This document shows, piece after piece, positions 42,006 to 53,081 of a DNA stretch of 64,000 bases. This stretch comes from Chrysomallon squamiferum. Its lineage: Eukaryota; Animalia; Mollusca. The notes under the pieces were generated by a model. The model did no database searches and was not told where the DNA came from. It was given only the letters and a program-made list of their open reading frames with translations. Each line of letters starts with the position of its first letter. Position 1 is the first letter of the stretch. The stretch covers positions 310,001 through 374,000 of the forward strand of contig CM022677.1 of NCBI GenBank assembly GCA_012295275.1, written 5' to 3'. A program made the translations under genes and the position numbers.

Positions 42006-43065
42006 TATGCTGATGAGGAATAGACTTTATAAGATAAAACTGAGATTAGTAAAATTTGTATTAGTAGTACGTCTGCTTACTTTATAACCTTCTCACAAAT
42101 TTTCTGCCGATTATTTAAATCTTTCAGTTGCTAGCAGCAGAGCTACGTGTGTTTGTTTATTTGTGATAATGATGCCTAACAGCACCAGCAAAGTGTATGT
42201 GGCAGTTACGTAATATTTTATTACGTTTATTACTGAATTCAGATGTAGAGGAGGGGATATTATTTTTCTTTAAAAATTGAGAAATATAAATTAATGTGCT
42301 TTTTTAAAATGTAAAAATACACAGAAAAATGTTTCAAGGCGTCAGAAAATAGGGATATTTTAAAATAAAAGATATGAACATGATATTTTGATAGGAATTT
42401 TACTAGAGAAAACCTGAATAGTGAGAAATGTAGAGTGTACACAAGAATCTTGCTACATCGCAGTTCATTGTCTACACTCGTTTATTGTCTTATAAATGGA
42501 TTTATATCAGCATGGTCCAGTATATTAAGATTTGTTCGGTATCATTCGTAATTCAAACGCAGTCGCATGTAATGATATGTAAAATTATTATTATGATACA
42601 GCTGAATGACAAAATTAGTATATTTTTATATTGTTTTCGCCTCAGAAAATGTTTATAAAGGATAGTCATTTATTTATTTATTTCTTTATTTATTGAAACT
42701 ACTGTCCTAATCGAGACCTGTCTTCAACTCGCACCAGACCGTTTTACTCTTGAACGATGAACGATAAAAGAAAGAATAACGTTGTATAACAATAAATGTT
42801 CTCTTATTAATAATATTAATATTTATCTCCAAAACAGACATCATAGGAAGAAATCCTACTTTTAGGAACTAGGTCCATGATGTTAGATTCTAATCATGTT
42901 TATGTAAATAATTTTCAGTTTTACAAATAATGGAAGTTTACTAAACATTTCTTTCTTTTTGTTTACAGTAAAGCTGGAGAAGTAAATATAGTAATCCTAC
43001 ATCCCAGTTTAGAAATGTGTTATGGTTTTGTTTTGTTATCTTATAAATGGATTTAAAATCACTAC

Positions 43066-43116
<51 letters not shown>

Positions 43117-43283
43117 TAAATATATTTTATTTCATTTTAATTTTATTTTTTCATTTAACAGTGAAAAAACAATTATTTAAATAAAATACATATTTTGATG
43201 GATATAAATAAGTATTTTAGAAATGTTAATTGAATTAATAAATTAATACACTAAAATGAAAGTTACTAGTGTAATAATATCTC

Positions 43284-43380
43284 CCATGCACATGCGCAAT
43301 CTATTAAGATTTACGTCAGCTGATTTAAATTCGGGTATAAATAAAACATCCAACGGTTTTACGTCAGTTGACATGCGAAT
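43284..43380. promoter_or_regulatory. Promoter-like motif cluster
   Basis: NRF1-like tgcacatgcgca, two CRE-like ttacgtca sites and tataaataaa within 100 bp of otherwise CpG-poor DNA. No downstream gene identified. Confidence 0.3.
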
Positions 43381-43604
43381 GCCAATACTAGTAGGTCATA
43401 TTTTTATTATTTTTTAATTTTTTTATTGTTTTTTAGTCCAAAGTGAATTATTTTTTGAAATTTATTATAATCAATAATAGCAGTTAACTGTATATTTAGT
43501 TAGTATTATTATCATTATAAATAATTATTCTTCTATAAGAAGAGCAATTACGAAATGAATTTGAATAACTTTCTTATTTTTATTTTATATTTATTTATTT
43601 ATTC

Positions 43605-43686
<82 letters not shown>

Positions 43687-43713
43687 GTTATTTTAATTTC
43701 AAACATGTTTTAA

Positions 43714-44286
43714 TTTCATGTTTGGTGCCAGGATGTGTTGGAGCGTGAACTCGATTTTTAGTTCCTCCAGTGTATTGCGTAGTGCTTGTCTTTCCTTGGC
43801 AAAATTTGGACAGTGAAACAAGTAGTGTTTCATGGTTTCTGAGAGTCCACAACTGCAGTTGGGTGATGTGGTGATGTTATGTTTGTATCGAATTGCGTTT
43901 AGATTGGTTGAGTAACCAATTCTGGCTTTGGTGAGATTATTGTTGTGTTGTTTGTTGGTGAGTGTGATTTTGGGTGTTTTGGCGAATGGTTTGATGTTTA
44001 AGTGCCATTTGTTTTTGGTGTTGTTCCATTCGTTTTGCCATTGTTTGTCGTAATGTTTGGCAGCGATGGAGACAATTTCGTTTATTCCGTAATGTGTGTC
44101 TGTGCAGATGTCTTCGTCTTTAATGCTGAGTGACTCTTTGGCGTAGTTACCGATGATGCGGACGTGTGCTGGGAGCCACTCGATGATTAGTTCTTTCTTG
44201 TTGTGTTGTATGTCCTCGTGTAGTTGTTGTATTTTGCTGAGCAGGTCTGGTCTGCTGGAACTTCCGGATTGTATTGAGATCACGGA
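43714..44286 (-). pseudogene. LINE ORF2 C-terminal part (RNase H second half and CCHC finger), copy 1
   Basis: ISIQSG...EWLPAHVRIIGN...WQNEW...ARIGY...CSCGLSETMKHYLFHC. An in-frame deletion removes ELADH relative to copy 2. Confidence 0.9.
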
Positions 44287-44412
44287 ACTTTATTGTTGTT
44301 ATTTACTTACCTGTTCGCCCCGCTCAGCACGCACTCGGCTCGGCGTACGGGAGGAAGGGAAATACCTTCGGGTTTGATCAGTCCGGAGTTGTTGTTATTG
44401 TTATTGTTATTG

Positions 44413-44462
<50 letters not shown>

Positions 44463-44540
44463 TTTATTTTTTTATTTCTACATTCATTTATTTATTTACT
44501 TATTTAATTTATCTATTTATTTATTTGTTTATTTATTTGT

Positions 44541-44571
<31 letters not shown>

Positions 44572-44770
44572 TTATTATTTTTATTACTATTATTATTTTT
44601 GTTGAATTTTATTTATTTTATTTTGTTTTATTATTTTACTTTTTATTATTTATTTTTCTCATGTTTTCCTTTCCTTTTTTATTTATTTTATTTTATTTTA
44701 TTTATTTATTTATTTATTTGTTTGTTTGTTTATTTATTCTTTTCTTTTCTTTTTTTTTGTCTTTTTTTTG

Positions 44771-44806
<36 letters not shown>

Positions 44807-44959
44807 ACTGCTTAAGGTGAAATTGTCATCGGTAGCGAGTACCGGGACCCAGTTTTCAAACATTCATCTCATCGCTGCCATGGGAACCGTGTGTTTATGT
44901 TTGTGCGACCGTGTGTGCGTAAGTATGTATCTATGTATGTATTGTATTGTATTGTATGT

Positions 44960-45004
<45 letters not shown>

Positions 45005-45441
45005 GTGTGAGTGCGCGCGTGCGTGCGTCGGTTTGAAAAAGGTGTCTTCCAATGTAAAACTGAATTGGCACATCACGACGGCGCGATTAATAATGCATTT
45101 CAATTTCAATGTTTGCTTTTTAATTTTTTTTTTTTTATATATTTTTTTTAGTCATTTAGAAAATAAGTAAGTAAGTAAATAAATAAACAAACAAACAATC
45201 AAAAACTATTGATAATAATAATAAGGATGAGAATAATAATAATAGTAATAATAATAATAACAATAATAATAATAATGATGATGATAATGATAATAAAAAC
45301 AACAACAACAATAACAATAACAATAATAACTGACAGTGGACGGATGAAACCCGGCGGCTTTTTTCCTTTTCTCTCGTCATATTTTTATTTATTTATTTAT
45401 TTTTTTTTTTTTAATTATGTTTTTCTTAATAATTATTTATT

Positions 45442-45503
<62 letters not shown>

Positions 45504-45768
45504 CTACAGTCTTTAAGGTGATATTGACATCGGTAGTGAGTTCCGAGACCCACTTTTCAAAATATTGTTATACTTTATTACTAGGAAAGGCTGGTACCAG
45601 TGAACCTGGAATGTATAAATTACACTGGGTCCATCATAGAGCATCACATATATTTTTATTAAGTTCAACTTTTATAAGTAAAAATCTTTTTCTTTAAGCT
45701 TAATTCTCACATTGCTTATTTACAGAATTTTCATCATTTATCCCAAATAGTGACTAATGAACTTAAAA

Positions 45769-45824
<56 letters not shown>

Positions 45825-46310
45825 CAACAACAACAACAGTAATAATAATAGGCAGTGGAAGGATGAAGCCCGACGGCTTTTTTCTTTTTTTCTCGTCGTC
45901 CGCCGAGTGAAGTGCAGTCGACCCGACCCGACCTGACCCGACCCGACCCGACCCTACCCGAGTGTAGCCGAACGGAGCTGAGCTCAGATGGGTTCCCATG
46001 GCAACTGTGAGACGAACGGTAGAAAACTGGGTCTCGGTACTCGCTACCGATGTCAATTTCGCCTTAAACACTGCACAAAAATTAAGAACAAAAAAAAAAA
46101 AAAAAATAAAAAATTATTGACAGTGACACTTTACAGTCCATCACCTCGAAAGACGAAATGTTGTTCACAACAACAACAACAACAACAAGCAGCACCACCA
46201 CCACCACCAGCAACAACAACAACAGCAATAATGCTAATTTCGTGCAAAATGACTCGTTAACACAGGATAAGTACGAAACCTTTCTATTATTATCATTACC
46301 GCTACTATTA

Positions 46311-46409
<99 letters not shown>

Positions 46410-46559
46410 GTATAGTACAGTACCGTAGATGCACAGACACACACACACGCATGGCGCTTTCTTTCTTTCTTTCTTTCTTTGAGTAGAAGAAGAAGAACAA
46501 GAAGATCGAATACTGCCAGCGCTTTATTTTTATTTTTTTATTTCTTTTTTTTTTTTTTT

Positions 46560-46616
<57 letters not shown>

Positions 46617-46698
46617 CCTCATATTTTTATCTTTCTTTTTTTTTCATGTTTTTATATTTTATTTTATTTATTTTTTTTTATTTATTATTTTTTCATCA

Positions 46699-46740
<42 letters not shown>

Positions 46741-46790
46741 TTTTTGCTATCGTCATCGTTATTTAGCGCACGCAATAAGAACAACAAAGA

Positions 46791-46796
46791 TAAATA
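46791..46796 (+). promoter_or_regulatory. TATA-like element at about -29 of 5S gene
   Basis: taaata 24-29 nt upstream of 46820, with the same spacing upstream of the second 5S gene. Confidence 0.55.
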
Positions 46797-46819
46797 GACC
46801 TCGGTTCGTTAAAGCGATC

Positions 46820-46938
46820 GTCTACGGCCACACCACGTTGAAAACACCGGTTCACGTCCGATCACCGAAGTTAAGAAACGCAAGGCTCGGACAGTACTTG
46901 GATGGGTGACCGCCTGGGAACACCGAGTGCCGTAGACA
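46820..46938 (+). rRNA. 5S rRNA gene (variant), copy 1
   Basis: 119 nt GTCTACGGCCAC..CCGATCACCGAAGTTAAG..AGTACTTGGATGGGTGACCGCCTGGGAA..GCCGTAGACA. Helix I is perfect, boxes A and C are present, and a T-run follows. Confidence 0.95.
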
Positions 46939-46942
46939 CGCC

Positions 46943-46947
<5 letters not shown>
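46943..46947 (+). terminator. Pol III terminator (T5)
   Basis: TTTTT 5 nt after the 5S gene. Confidence 0.7.
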
Positions 46948-46980
<33 letters not shown>

Positions 46981-47874
46981 TCTTTCTTTCTTTCTTTCTT
47001 ACTTTCTTTCTTACTTTCTTCTTTTTTTTCTTTCTTCGTTTCTTTCTTTCTTTCTTTCTTATTTTAAGAGCAACAGCAAGAGCCAATTGACATCGGTAGC
47101 GAGTGTGTGCGTGGGCGCAGGTTTTGGAGTGACCGTGTTGTGTATGTCTGATTGTGTGTGTACGTATGTTTGTTATTTCAGAACGCGCCTGTGTGTGTGC
47201 GTGTGCGTGTGTGTGCGTGTGTGTGTGCGTGTGCGTGTGTGCGTGCCGGTTCGAAAAAGGTATCTTCCAACGTAAAATTGAATTGCGGGATCACGACGGC
47301 GCGATAATTAATGTATTTTCATTTCGATTTTCATTATCATTTTATAAAATGATCATTATTATTATTATTATTATTATTATTGTTGTTGCCATCGTTATCC
47401 GAAACCATCGACGAATGGAAGATCGAGCCCACTGCCCAGACAGTTTATTCGTCGGTGCCGTGGACTCGGTCTTGCATGCGTTTTTTTTCTTCACTGCAGC
47501 AAAACTAAAAATCATTTTATTAAACGTATTGAACCCTGTTGAAAAATTTTTAAATAAACCAAAAGAAAAAAAAAAAAAATGCATTTTTTTTTGCAGCACC
47601 AAGTTCAAACTAAATCCATATAGAATGATTTTTGGAATCAAGCACACAAACGTGGCGGCGGCAACTTTGCATCGAATTTAGAGATTATTTTTTTCTCTGG
47701 TAATTTCGACGACTACACGAAACGAGAATTATTAGAGGGAGATAAGCCGTGTAAGGAAATGAAAATGAAAAAGATATCTTCCAACGTAAAATTGAATTTA
47801 TTTATCAACGGCGCGATGGTGAATGTTGTTTTTTTTTTTCGATTTTGTTGTTGTTGTTGTTAAATTTTATTTTA

Positions 47875-50800
47875 TCCGGATTGTATTGAGATCAGATCAC
47901 GGACTGTCCGAGAATATGACTGTGTGTTTGTTGTTGTTGTGTTTTGGACCCACAGCATGGTTTTTGTTCACTGCATGATGGCTTTACCAAAAAAGATCAC
48001 AACAATTCGGTATACACCGAAAGGTGATTCAAATACGGCCGAATTGTGTGTTTGTTTTTTTTACCCACAGGAATCAAGGCACACAAACGTGGGTTTGTTT
48101 GTGTGATCTTGGGCTATGAAGGCGAATCCTACTCTCCCGTTGTCTGGGTTTTTGGATCCGTCAGTGTAGATGTGCGTGTGTTGTTTGTAGTGGTCGTTTG
48201 CTGCTGCCAAAAAAATGGCTTTTTTGAACGGTGGGATCTCTGTTTTGTCAGTTTCTCTTTTGATCAGGAAAGGTGTGTTTATTGTTGGTTTTGTTTTTTT
48301 TTGTGGTATGCCGGCAGTGGCATTTCCCCTATTCCTGTTTTTATTTTCGATTTCGCTAGCTGTTGTCGGGAAATTCGATAGCAGTAGACTATGCGATTTA
48401 AAGAGTTGTCCTATCCTTTGTTGGTCGGGGACCAGATCCTTGACCGGGTGGTCTGTGTTGAGTGTGTGTATTTTCAGGTTGTATTTTAGTAGCTGCAGTT
48501 TTCTTCTGTATTTTAATGATTGGATGCTGTATTCCGACAGGAGGCTGTCGGATGGTGTTGTGTTTGGCAGGTGGCCGATCACCCTGAGGGCACTTGATTG
48601 AATTGTGTCTAGTTTTTTTAAATAGAGTTTGGGAGCATTCGAGTAAGCCGTGGCTCCGTAGTCGAGCTTGGAGAGAATACACGCTTTGTGTATCAAAATC
48701 AGCGTTGACTCGTTTGCTCCCCAACTGGTTCCGGAAATTAACTTTAGAAGATTGATTGTTTTTTTGCAGGATGCAATTATGTTGTGTATGTGGCATCGGA
48801 AGTTGAAATTTGAATGTCTTTGTTTGTGTTATGACGTTGTTGTCGAGGTTGAGTGTGATCTTGCTGTTGTCTGATTTCTTGTTGAAAAGGAGGCATGTTG
48901 TTTTGGAAAGAGAAATCTTTATGCCCCATTTCAACATCCAGTCGTTTATGTTGTTTAAGTCTTTTTGTATTTGTTTCTGTATTGCTGCGGTCGATCTGCC
49001 TGCCCGCCAAAAGGCGCAGTCGTCTGCAAAGAGTGCTGTATTTATTGGTTCCTTTGGTGGATTTCTGGCGTTGTCTTGTTTGTCGAGTGCTGTGACGATG
49101 TCGTTGATGTAGATGTTGAAGAGTGTTGGCGAGATCACGGATCCTTGTGGGATGCCGTTTTCGATTGTCGTTTTCTCTGAGGTGTGACAGTTTACTTTGA
49201 CTGCTATGGTTCTGTTGTTAATAAAGTCTTTGATAAAGTTGAACATGTTGCCTTTGATGTTGTTGTTGATTAATTTAACGAGCAGTCCTTCCCTCCATAC
49301 CATGTCGAATGCTTTTTCAATGTCTAAAAAAACTGCTATGACTTTTTTTGATTTCCTAAAAGATTGGTTGATGGATGTTTGCAGGCAGGTGATCTGGTTG
49401 TTTGTGCTGTGTTTCTTCCTGAAGCCGCTTTGAAATTTGCTGATTAAATTGTTGTCGTTTAAATGCTGGTTCAGGCGTGTGTTGATCATTGTTTCCAATG
49501 TTTTGCACATGTGTGACGTCAGCGTGATCGGCCTGTAGCTGTTGGGTAGTGAGTGATCTTTGTGTGGTTTGGGCAAGCTGAAACACTCGGCGTGTTTCCA
49601 GTTTGTTGGAATCTTGCCGGTGGTCCATATTGCGTTGTAAAGATCGAGTATGACGAGTAGTGTTTCGTCTGGTAGGTGTTGTAGTATTGTGTAGCTTATT
49701 TTATCTGGCCCCGTGGCTGTACTTTTCTTGTTTTTGAGTGCATGTTTTAATTCGCTGATGTTGAATAGTTGATTGTATTTCATGTTTTCTGTGTCTGCGG
49801 AGTGTTCACCGATTGCTTGGTTGTCCAGTGGTTTCTTTGCGAATTTCAGTGGGAAGTTCGAATTGCTGCTGGACTTGGCGAAGGTTTGGCTGAGTAGGTC
49901 TGCTTTTTGCTTGTCGGTGAATGCGATGTTGTTTTTGCCGAGAGTGTTGATTCTGTGGGTTTTTTTGCCTTGGATGTTTTTTACTTTGGCCCACATGTCT
50001 TTGACTGATGTTTTGTGGTCGATGTTGTTGCAAAAAAGTTCCCAGTGTTCTTGTTTCGCTGTGAGTATTAGGTTAGAAACTTCTTTTTTTGATATTTTAT
50101 ATTTTTCGTGCGTAGAATGATTTCTGTCTTTTTTGTATTGTCTTCTGTATTTGTTTCTCTCTTTGCATTTCTTTTCTATGCGTTCCGTCCACCAGGGAGT
50201 GGATATTTTGCCGGTGCATTTTCTGGTTTTGGGTATGTATCTGATTGCAATGGCGTGTATCGTGTTGGTGAGTGATGCGCGGTAGGCGTCGATGTCGTTG
50301 GGGTTCTGCGTGTTGATGTTTCTGCATGCTTTGTAGAAGCCTTCCCAGTCCGCTTTGTTGAAGTTCCATTTCGGTGTGAAGATGGATCTGTCCGAGAAGG
50401 TGTTCTTGCTGTTGTAGTTGGTGAGTATCGGGTGGTGGTCGCTGTTTAGCTCATCGAGCACTTGCCATTCGGAGAGCGCTGCGATGTCCTTACTTGTGAA
50501 TGTTACATCAATGGCGGTTTGGCCACCATTGATGTCGCTGGTGTATGTGAATGTTCCGTCGTTCAAACAGACCAGCTGGTTTTGCTCTAGGAAATCTTCG
50601 AGGACGATTCCAGGGCTGTCGTCTGTCGAGCCACCCCATAGGGTGTTGTGACAGTTGATATCGCCCACTATAATGACCTTGTTGTTTGTTGTGATCATTT
50701 TGTTTAAGTCGTGGGTTTGAATGGTGTGTAGTGCGGGAGTGGGTGGGCTGTATACGTTAATTATGTCGATGTTTTGATTGTTGTCTACTGTGATACTTAA

Positions 50801-51110
50801 TATTTCTATGTTGGCGTGAACTTTGGCTTGGTTCAGCTTGGTGTGTGGAATGTCTTGTTTGACGAGAGTCATGATGTCTCCCCGGGTGCTGTTGTATCTG
50901 TTGACGTAATGACTTTGGTACCCGGGGACCTTAAAGGTTTTTGTTGTTTTGTTGTTTTTGTTGGAATGTCCCAGCCATGTTTCTTGAATACATATTATGT
51001 CCGGTGTGTTTGTAGTGGAGGCCAGGAAGTGTAGTAATTCGTCTCCGTGGCCTGTTGAGTGAAGCCTTTAGCGTTCCATTGAAGAACGGAGAGGCCTGTG
51101 TTCTTGGTGT
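47875..51110 (-). pseudogene. LINE ORF2 N-terminal part (APE, RT, RNase H first half), copy 1
   Basis: LQWNAKG and ICIQETWL (frameshifted), GDINCH, SDHHPI, YRPITLTS, QSGFR, FLDIEKAFD, GIPQGSVISPTLF, LFADD, IYTDGS, VIFSDS. Includes the 824-aa ORF 48398-50872, whose frame breaks after KTFKF. Confidence 0.95.
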
Positions 51111-51166
51111 GCTTATCGTGAAGAGTTTGTAAATGGCTGTTACTGTTTGTTTTGTTTTGTTTTTGT

Positions 51167-52642
51167 TCACTGTTGTTTTGTGTTTGTGGAATTTCTCCTG
51201 TCTGTGTGTAGTTTTAGTCTTTTGTCGTTTGTGTGTATTTTGAAGCCCAGGCTGTCTTCAATTATTTGGGCTACTGTGTGTTCCAAATTGGCGTCGTCAT
51301 TGCCGTTTCCTTGATTGGTTCTGATGTTTTGAAGCTCTATCAAGAGGCAGACAATGATTTTATGGATTTCTGCGATCCTGACCTCCTTGTCCAGATTGTC
51401 TGTCGGTTTGTTGTTGTGTTGGTCCATTTTTTCCATGATGGTTTTGGTTTTTTGTTCCATTTTCTGGCATTTTTTGTTGATATTTTGTAAGATTTTGTTG
51501 TCTCTCCTGTTGTGTTCAAAGTTGTTGTTTGCTTTTATTTTGGCTGGGCACATCTTGTAGTGTGATTCGTGTGGCCCCTGGCAGTTTGCGCATTTTGCCA
51601 GAGACCGGCATAGGCCTGAGTTTCTGTGGTGATTTCCACCGCAGAAACTACACGTTAAATGTTTCGGGTTGTGTCTGTGGGTGCACTGGTTTGTGATGTG
51701 CCCCCATTTCTGACAGTGGCCGCACTTGGGCAACTGCGGCCTCATTTCTGCCAGTGTATATTTGTAGCCATTGGTCATGTTGTGTTCGTTAATTTGCTGT
51801 TAAACGTCAGTGTGGTCCAGTAATTTCGCTTTTTCCACATTTCCACACCGACTAGTGTTGAATTTGTTTGTTGTACTAGTTCTTTGTTGAACATTTCAAA
51901 GAAATCTAGTTTGTTTGAATAGGGGTAATAAAAACCCAAATCTTTTGAAATGTATTTATATATTGTTGTATCTTTTGCTTTTGTTGTTTGTTTAGGTTGA
52001 TGTTGTTGTTGTTTCGTAATTGGTAGTTGTTTTGGCTGTTGTTGTGTGAGCAGTGTTTTTCTTGGTTGTGGTGAGGGTGTTTTTTTCTGTGTCTGTTTTG
52101 TGTCAGGGATTATTTTTGGTAAAACCCTGACAACAAATGTTTCGTCCCAGATGGTAATGTTGGGACCGATTGTTTTATGTGTTTTTGTATATACTTCGAA
52201 GTAGATTTCTTTTCCGTTTTTATTATTGTTCACTTTTGTTGTTTTGTCAATAATGTGTATTTGCGCTTCTAGTAAGTAGCGCCAATTTCTGTCGATGTTT
52301 ATATGATTTTGTTTATGTACTACGATGGTGGTTCGGCTGTGGTTGTGTGTTTTTTTTTTTTTTTTTTTTTTTCCAAGCGTTTTGTTCGCTTTCGTCTTCC
52401 GAGTCTGTTTCCCGTAGCCTTGCCAAAATGTGTAGATTTCTGTTGATAATTTTTTGTTCCTCTGTTACTTCTGTCTCCGAATGGATGTGTTGGACTGTGT
52501 TGTCGTTTTTTTTTTTTTTTTTTTTGTTGTGTGTTTTTTCGACGGAGCTAGGGCTCCTGTCCCTGGGTCGTTTTGGAACTCTAGTTTCCATCTCTGAATT
52601 ATCTGTTCCTGAGCTGTAAATTTTCATGTTTTTTGTTGCCAT
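51167..52642 (-). pseudogene. LINE ORF1 (gag-like, three CCHC zinc knuckles), broken into three ORFs
   Basis: CGHCQKWGHITNQC, CSFCGGNHHRNSGLC and CANCQGPHESHYKMC in 51167-51778. Upstream pieces are 51775-52233 and 52313-52642 (basic N-terminus). Confidence 0.88.
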
Positions 52643-53069
52643 GTTTGTCGTGTAAATGGATGGGTTGTTGTTGTTTTGTTGTTATTGTTTCTTTGTTTTT
52701 TTGTTGTTTTTAAATATATAGACATTTCTATATTAATTCAAAAAAAGACTAAAGCTAACGCAACTCACTTTCAGATCGAGATAAAGATAAGATATATCGG
52801 TTATTTAAGATACCGGAAAGTAAAAGACAAAAGACGAACAAACAGTTAAAAAAAAAAAAAAAAGAAATAAAAGTAACAATAATACAAAAGTCTACAAATA
52901 ATATAAATAAGAATTTAAGTCTAAATAAATAAAGAAAATGGTACAGTATCTTTTTCGTTTCTGAATTCCGCTCAGTAAGCACAATCCGTCCGTTAGTATT
53001 CTTCACAGCTTCTCTTCCGGGCTTGCACCATGTCGACCATCACGGTGGAGAGTCTGTTGTGAGATATTC

Positions 53070-53081
53070 GATCTCGTTCAA
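53070..53081 (+). repeat. Putative LINE target-site duplication (5' side)
   Basis: GATCTCGTTCAA, identical to 56234-56245, ~430 bp upstream of the ORF1 ATG. Confidence 0.65.

Larger units (their letters stand above)
44287..47874. other. 5S-bearing cassette 1 inserted in LINE RNase H
   Basis: Non-LINE sequence between direct repeats tccggattgtattgagatcacgga (44263-44286) and tccggattgtattgagatcagatcacgga (47875-47903). Confidence 0.88.
43714..53069 (-). mobile_element. I-group (I/Nimb-like) LINE copy 1: 5' end retained, 3'-truncated, interrupted by the 5S cassette
   Basis: ORF1 with three CCHC knuckles, ORF2 with APE, RT, RNase H and C-terminal CCHC. The 5' boundary is inferred from the putative TSD at 53070-53081. 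Similarity to copy 2 stops at 43714 beside (att)n. Confidence 0.9.

Noticed and set aside
47610-47680. U2 snRNA (tgatttttggaatca Sm-like site; also ~59910)
   Set aside because: No U2 5' end and no GTGTAGTA branch-recognition sequence; only a short match.
44274-47681. Long poly-L/I/F/CV ORFs in the ORF track (also 10698, 26405, 33-35 kb, 57-59 kb)
   Set aside because: These are translations of microsatellites and satellites.
44287-47874. Cassette as a spliceosomal intron in the LINE
   Set aside because: The minus-strand 5' end is not GT, the junction sequence is duplicated, and ORF2 is broken elsewhere.
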